From: Candidatus Eiseniibacteriota bacterium
Lineage (GTDB): Bacteria; Eisenbacteria; RBG-16-71-46; CAZAMP01
Assembly: GCA_965224245.1 (NCBI GenBank)
Contig: OZ245046.1
Coordinates: forward strand, 1,408,001 to 1,472,000
Reading direction: 5' to 3'
DNA length: 64,000 bases
Shown here: positions 59,796-64,000 of the stretch, piece after piece
How positions within the stretch are numbered: the stretch's first letter is position 1
How the letters are laid out: each line of letters begins with the position of its first letter
Translations under genes and position numbers: made by a program
Notes under the pieces: model-generated
What the model saw: only the letters and a program-made list of their open reading frames with translations
The model's database searches: none
What the model was told of the DNA's origin: nothing

Positions 59796-61673
59796 CTATG
59801 CCGCCGCGTTGGACGCGTAGTCCTCATCGAGAAGTTCTCGGTCGGCGCCGGCACGCTGCCAGCGCCACGTGAGCAACCGTGACATCGCGTACATGACGAC
59901 CGCCGCCACGATCAACAGCCCCTGCGGCAAGGCGGGGGCGGTTCCGTGCGGGTTCCCGGACACCGGCAGCTCGGGCAGGCTGATGGCCAGGAGCGCGGCG
60001 CTCGCGAACGTGAGCACGACGATCGAGCGTCCGATGGGCCAGTTCGCGACCTCGGCCCACCCGGGCAGGAGCCAGCGTACGACGGTGGTCAGAATCGAAC
60101 GTGGCGTGTAGCGCCGCCGGAAGTAACGCTCGAGGAGCGCCTTCGAGTACTCGGCGGAGCAGTCGGCGGACAGCGTGTTTCCGCAGTCCGCGCAGTACGC
60201 GGCACCGTCGAGCCGCACCAGGCAGCGCCGGCACACGATCGCCCCGCAGGACTCGCACGCGTACGTCGTGACCGTGCGCTGCAGCCACTGGCCGGCCAGC
60301 GTGCCGAGGAGCCACATCGCGAGGAGGCCGAGCGGCATGAACGCGATCTTCCCGCCGGGGCTGACGATGCCGAGACCGGGGGGAAGCGAGAGGTGCCCCG
60401 ATACGCCCTGACCGCGCAGCGTCGCCAGCCAGAACGGCCAGTTGGATGGAAGGACGTCGATCGCGGGCCGGACGAGCGTCACCGCCGGACCGTCGCCGAA
60501 GTCGGTGATGCGCTCGTAGTCCAGACGCATCGCCTCCTGCATGGCCTGATCGGCGCGGATCAGATCCAGCTGCTCGGTCAGGACCTGGGAGAGGTTGTAG
60601 TGCGCCTCCGCCGATCCAGGGCTCCTGGCGATGACGCGCTCGTATGCCTCACGCGCCGCGTTCAGATCCCCGCGCGCGAACTGCACGTTGGCGAGATCGA
60701 TCGCGGCTCCGCTCTCGCGCGGGAGCGTGTTCGCCGCCTGCCGCAGCGACTCCTCGGCGGCGGCGAGGTCGCCGGCTCGCTTGGCGGCCATGCCACGGGC
60801 CCAGTCGACGTAGCCGGCCGGCTCCTCGAAGTCCATCGGGTCCTCGTACCCGGAGCCGGCGGCGGCCTCCAGCGCGGCGGCCACGCGGAACGGCTCGTGG
60901 TCCGGACCGGGCTCGGCGAGGGGGCCCGGACCCCAGAAGTGGGCCACCCACAGCACGGCCCCCACGGCCACCAGCCCGTGGGCCAGGGCGCGCTCCTGGC
61001 GCCGCATGATGTGTCCGAACCAGAGGATGAAGAACACGAGGGTCGGGAGCAATCCCACGCCCCAGAGCAGCGGCACGAACAGCAGGAAGCCCGCGACCAG
61101 CGGCGCCGCCGAGCCCCCCACGCGGCGCTTGAGCGACTCCTGGAGGCTGTGGTGCACGTGCCGGACGTAACGGAACACGATCGCCCCGGCCGTCCCGACG
61201 ACGCCGAGCGAGATCGCCCAGAGCGTCAAGAGGAGGATGTTCAGGGCCAGCACGAGCTGGTTCGGAAAGCCCTGGATGGCCGCGCGTCCCACGGCCCGAT
61301 AGGCCTCCAGTGCCGCACCGGGGTCGAGGCCGACGCGGCTCGCTCGCAGCAGATGTGCGTGCACGCTGGCCGGATCGTGGGCGAGCGCGATCTGGATCTG
61401 GACGTCCGCCTCGGCCGTGCGGCCCTCGTCGAGAAGGTGCCGGGCCGCGTCGACGGCGGCCCGGGCCATCACCACGTCGCGCGGAACCTGCGTTCTGGCA
61501 CGGGCTTCGGCGATCTCGACCGGGTCGTCGTCGGGGGCGGCGACGCTCGGGGAGGACAGCGAGCACGCGATCGAGATCGCGCCCACGAGGATCCACAGGA
61601 GTCGCGACGGACGCGCCCATCGCGGGGCGAGGGCGCGGTGCGTGCGGGGCGAGAGCTGATTGGCGACGATCAT
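59796..61673 (-). CDS. Membrane TPR protein with Cys-rich Zn-binding module
   Basis: TPRs, several TM helices, CESCGAIVCRRC...CADC; start uncertain. Confidence 0.7.
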   Translation of the reverse strand: MIVANQLSPRTHRALAPRWARPSRLLWILVGAISIACSLSSPSVAAPDDDPVEIAEARARTQVPRDVVMARAAVDAARHLLDEGRTAEADVQIQIALAHDPASVHAHLLRASRVGLDPGAALEAYRAVGRAAIQGFPNQLVLALNILLLTLWAISLGVVGTAGAIVFRYVRHVHHSLQESLKRRVGGSAAPLVAGFLLFVPLLWGVGLLPTLVFFILWFGHIMRRQERALAHGLVAVGAVLWVAHFWGPGPLAEPGPDHEPFRVAAALEAAAGSGYEDPMDFEEPAGYVDWARGMAAKRAGDLAAAEESLRQAANTLPRESGAAIDLANVQFARGDLNAAREAYERVIARSPGSAEAHYNLSQVLTEQLDLIRADQAMQEAMRLDYERITDFGDGPAVTLVRPAIDVLPSNWPFWLATLRGQGVSGHLSLPPGLGIVSPGGKIAFMPLGLLAMWLLGTLAGQWLQRTVTTYACESCGAIVCRRCLVRLDGAAYCADCGNTLSADCSAEYSKALLERYFRRRYTPRSILTTVVRWLLPGWAEVANWPIGRSIVVLTFASAALLAISLPELPVSGNPHGTAPALPQGLLIVAAVVMYAMSRLLTWRWQRAGADRELLDEDYASNAAA

Positions 61674-61951
61674 GTCCGTTCCGGGGAAAGGGATGGGGTA
61701 TGCCGTGCGTGGGGGCCCGCCACTTCGACACGGCGCTGGACCGTCCTGATATGAGGTTTCGGGCGGCCGGGGGCACACGTTCAGCCACGGCGGCGGCCGC
61801 CGGTCGAACTCGGCCGGAGCGCTGGCACGAAGCGGAGTCCATGCCGGGAGCCGGGTTGACGCGGCCGGTCGCGTGGCGTTAGATTGAGGCCGTGCTCGTT
61901 CCCTCCGACCCATGGCGAATCCACTCCCACGGTCGCCTAATCGTTTGCTAG

Positions 61952-61981
61952 TTGACGGACTAGCGGACAGTTTCCTAGACT
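61952..61981 (+). promoter_or_regulatory. Putative promoter of exbBDD-tonB
   Basis: TTGACG-N18-TAGACT. Confidence 0.45.
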
Positions 61982-62146
61982 CCATCGGTCTCTTTACCGG
62001 TGGTGAGTTTCGATTTGTCGTGCGAGCTTCCGAGGCAGTCCAGAGGTCGTCCCTCCGCTCGGGGGGCGTTGCGTTGCGCCGCGGCCGCGGCGTAGGGTGG
62101 CTGGGTGGTTCGGGTCGACTCCAGTAGCGAGAAGGAGCACAACACG

Positions 62147-62890
62147 ATGTCCAGAGCGCAAACCGTGCGTTGGGCGATCTTCGGCGGGTGGGTCGTGGTC
62201 GCGGCCCTGTTTCCAGATTTCGTGGCGGCGCAGGACGAGATCCCGACGCCCGAGCAGATCGAGCACAAGTCCGGGCTCGTGACGCTGTTCGAGCAGGGAG
62301 GGCCGTTCATGTGGCCGCTGCTCCTGTGCTCCCTGATCGCGCTCGCGGTGACCCTGGAGCGGCTCTTCTCGTTCCAGCGCGCTCGCACCGACACGCGCAA
62401 GCTGATGGACGCCATTCTCAGCGACATTCACCAGAGCAACGTACCCGGTGCGCTCGAGGCGTGCAGCCGCACGCGTGGCCCGATCGCGGCGATCCTGGCC
62501 GCCGGCCTGATGAAGCACGAGCGCGGCAAGGAGGCGGTCAAGGAAGCGATCGAGTCGTCGGGCGCGATCGAGCTGTCGTTCCTGCAGCGGGGTCTGATCG
62601 TGCTCGCGTCCATCACGAACATCGCGCCGCTCGTCGGCTTCCTGGGCACGGTCTCGGGTATGATCAACGCGTTCGCGGCCATCGCGCAGGCCGAGCAGGT
62701 CAGCGCCAAGCTGGTGGCCAGTGGTATCCAGGAGGCGCTCATCACGACCGCCACCGGTCTGGCCATCGCCATCCCGGTGCAGATCGCCCACTCGTTCTTC
62801 GTCTCGCGCGTGGATCGCTACGTGATCGAGATGGAGGAGGCGGCGGTGGATCTGGTCGATGCGCTGACGGAGAAGGGGTTGACCCGGTAA
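62147..62890 (+). CDS. exbB: MotA/TolQ/ExbB proton channel
   Basis: GGPFMWPL, APLVGFLGTVSGMI, GIQEALITTATGL; AAGGAG RBS. Confidence 0.9.
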   Translation: MSRAQTVRWAIFGGWVVVAALFPDFVAAQDEIPTPEQIEHKSGLVTLFEQGGPFMWPLLLCSLIALAVTLERLFSFQRARTDTRKLMDAILSDIHQSNVPGALEACSRTRGPIAAILAAGLMKHERGKEAVKEAIESSGAIELSFLQRGLIVLASITNIAPLVGFLGTVSGMINAFAAIAQAEQVSAKLVASGIQEALITTATGLAIAIPVQIAHSFFVSRVDRYVIEMEEAAVDLVDALTEKGLTR

Positions 62891-62945
62891 TCATCGCGGC
62901 CGCGCGCCCTGCGCGCCGCCGGACGCCCCTTCGAGGAGTGCCGAC

Positions 62946-63344
62946 GTGAAGCTCAAGAAACACAAGATCGATGAGATCCCGCAGTCGTCGATGTCCGACA
63001 TCGCGTTCCTGCTTCTCGTCTTCTTCATCGCCACGACGATCTTCAACACCGAGCAGGGTCTGCCGATGACGCTGCCGGGCAAGACCTCGGTCGCCTCCAC
63101 CGTCAACCCCAAGAACGTGCTCAAGATCAGCTCCGACGCGTCGGGCAACGTGTTCATCGGCGACGATCCGATCGCCATTCACGAGCTGGCCCCGCAGATC
63201 GAGGAGCGGCTCGCCGAGAACGACAAGCTCATCGTGTCGATCGAGTCGCATCCGGAGTCCCGGTACGAGGTGATGGTCGAGGTTCTCGATCAGGTGAAGT
63301 TGGCCAAGGCGACCCGCGTCAGCCTGAAGATGCGGCTGATCTAG
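62946..63344 (+). CDS. exbD: ExbD/TolR protein
   Basis: SMSDIAFLLLVFF with conserved Asp. Confidence 0.9.
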   Translation: MKLKKHKIDEIPQSSMSDIAFLLLVFFIATTIFNTEQGLPMTLPGKTSVASTVNPKNVLKISSDASGNVFIGDDPIAIHELAPQIEERLAENDKLIVSIESHPESRYEVMVEVLDQVKLAKATRVSLKMRLI

Positions 63345-63357
63345 GCGGAGGCGACAC

Positions 63358-63777
63358 GTGTCGAAGTTCGAAACAGACGTCGCGGTCGAGAACAAGGTCC
63401 CGACCGGCTCCATGGCCGACATCGCGTTTCTGCTCCTGATCTTCTTCATGGCGACGACGATCTTCCGGATCGAGGAAGGGCTCGACGTCACCCTGCCGAG
63501 GGCCACGCAGGGCCAGAAGCTCCCGCGCCAGAACCTCGCGCACATCTGGATGGACGCCGTCGGTCGCATCACGATCGACGACGCGCTCGTGCAGATCCCG
63601 CAGATCGAAGTCATCATGCTCCAGAAGGCCGAGGAGAACGACCAGCTCATCGTGGCGTTCAATACCGACCGCAACGTCCCCTACGAGCAGATGCACCTGG
63701 TCATGGAGCAGCTGAAGGCGGCCAACGCGACGAACGTGGCCTTCAACCACGACAAGAAGGGCGGGGGAGGGTCGTAG
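63358..63777 (+). CDS. exbD: Second ExbD/TolR protein
   Basis: SMADIAFLLLIFF, LPRA. Confidence 0.9.
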   Translation: MSKFETDVAVENKVPTGSMADIAFLLLIFFMATTIFRIEEGLDVTLPRATQGQKLPRQNLAHIWMDAVGRITIDDALVQIPQIEVIMLQKAEENDQLIVAFNTDRNVPYEQMHLVMEQLKAANATNVAFNHDKKGGGGS

Positions 63778-63779
63778 CG

Positions 63780-64000
63780 ATGTTCCGCGGCGAAGCCAAC
63801 AATCTCTTCAGCGCCAGGTATGGTCGTTACATGACCACGGCGCTGGTCGCGGCGGCGCTCGTGCACACGGGAGGCGCCCTATACGCGCCGCCCTACGCGC
63901 CGGCGCCGTACCAGCTGCGCGAGCGCAAGGAGACCGTCGTCGACATCGCGCAGGAGTTCGAGATCCCCAAGCCACCCGACGAGATCCAGCGCCCGCAGAT
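63780..64000 (+). CDS. tonB: TonB energy transducer (partial, runs off window)
   Basis: ATG 63780; TM helix with AxxxH (VAAALVH), then Pro-rich segment; follows exbBDD. Confidence 0.7.
   Translation, partial: MFRGEANNLFSARYGRYMTTALVAAALVHTGGALYAPPYAPAPYQLRERKETVVDIAQEFEIPKPPDEIQRPQ

Noticed and set aside
61982-62146. Riboswitch in the exbB leader
   Set aside because: No cobalamin, TPP or other recognisable core motifs; a covariance-model search would be needed
62147-64000. AglRQS-type gliding motor
   Set aside because: exbB-exbD-exbD-tonB with SMxDIAFLLL is an ordinary Ton arrangement; no glt genes in view

Overview
High-GC diderm bacterial chromosome segment. LPS genes waaF/gmhB, many secreted proteins with FlgD-Ig C-termini and a short 'SWSRIKxxY' tail suggest an FCB-related candidate phylum such as Eisenbacteria, Krumholzibacteriota or Latescibacterota; this placement is inference. 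Four blocks: (1) 1-9979, a mobile island at the 3' end of tRNA-Arg(CCG), carrying a DnaB_N/AAA_25 helicase with an adjacent iteron-like origin, a Xer-like tyrosine recombinase, Xis-like HTH proteins, a DUF4258/MqsA-type toxin-antitoxin pair, a 30-aa peptide gene, and secreted cargo sharing an unrecognised Trp-containing repeat (one gene frameshifted at a G9 tract); (2) 13975-24350, an extracellular-electron-transfer-type cluster (c554-like tetraheme, ImcH-like NapC/NirT cytochrome, MtrAB-like porin-cytochrome pair, Rieske/cytochrome b/11-heme cytochrome c); (3) 24371-47772, a beta-1,3-glucan utilisation locus with no SusC/D in the window (three GH16, GH149 phosphorylase, GH1, a clan GH-A hydrolase fused to a probable beta-barrel, Opp/Dpp-type ABC transporter, ROK repressor and three visible 23-bp operators); (4) 47878-64000, envelope and housekeeping genes (GGDEF, peptidase-PD40-Omp85, TPR proteins, waaF, gmhB, DUF4388, exbB-exbD-exbD-tonB). 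All family assignments come from motifs recognised by eye; no searches were run. Start codons were adjusted from the ORF track where RBS or stop/start overlaps support it.
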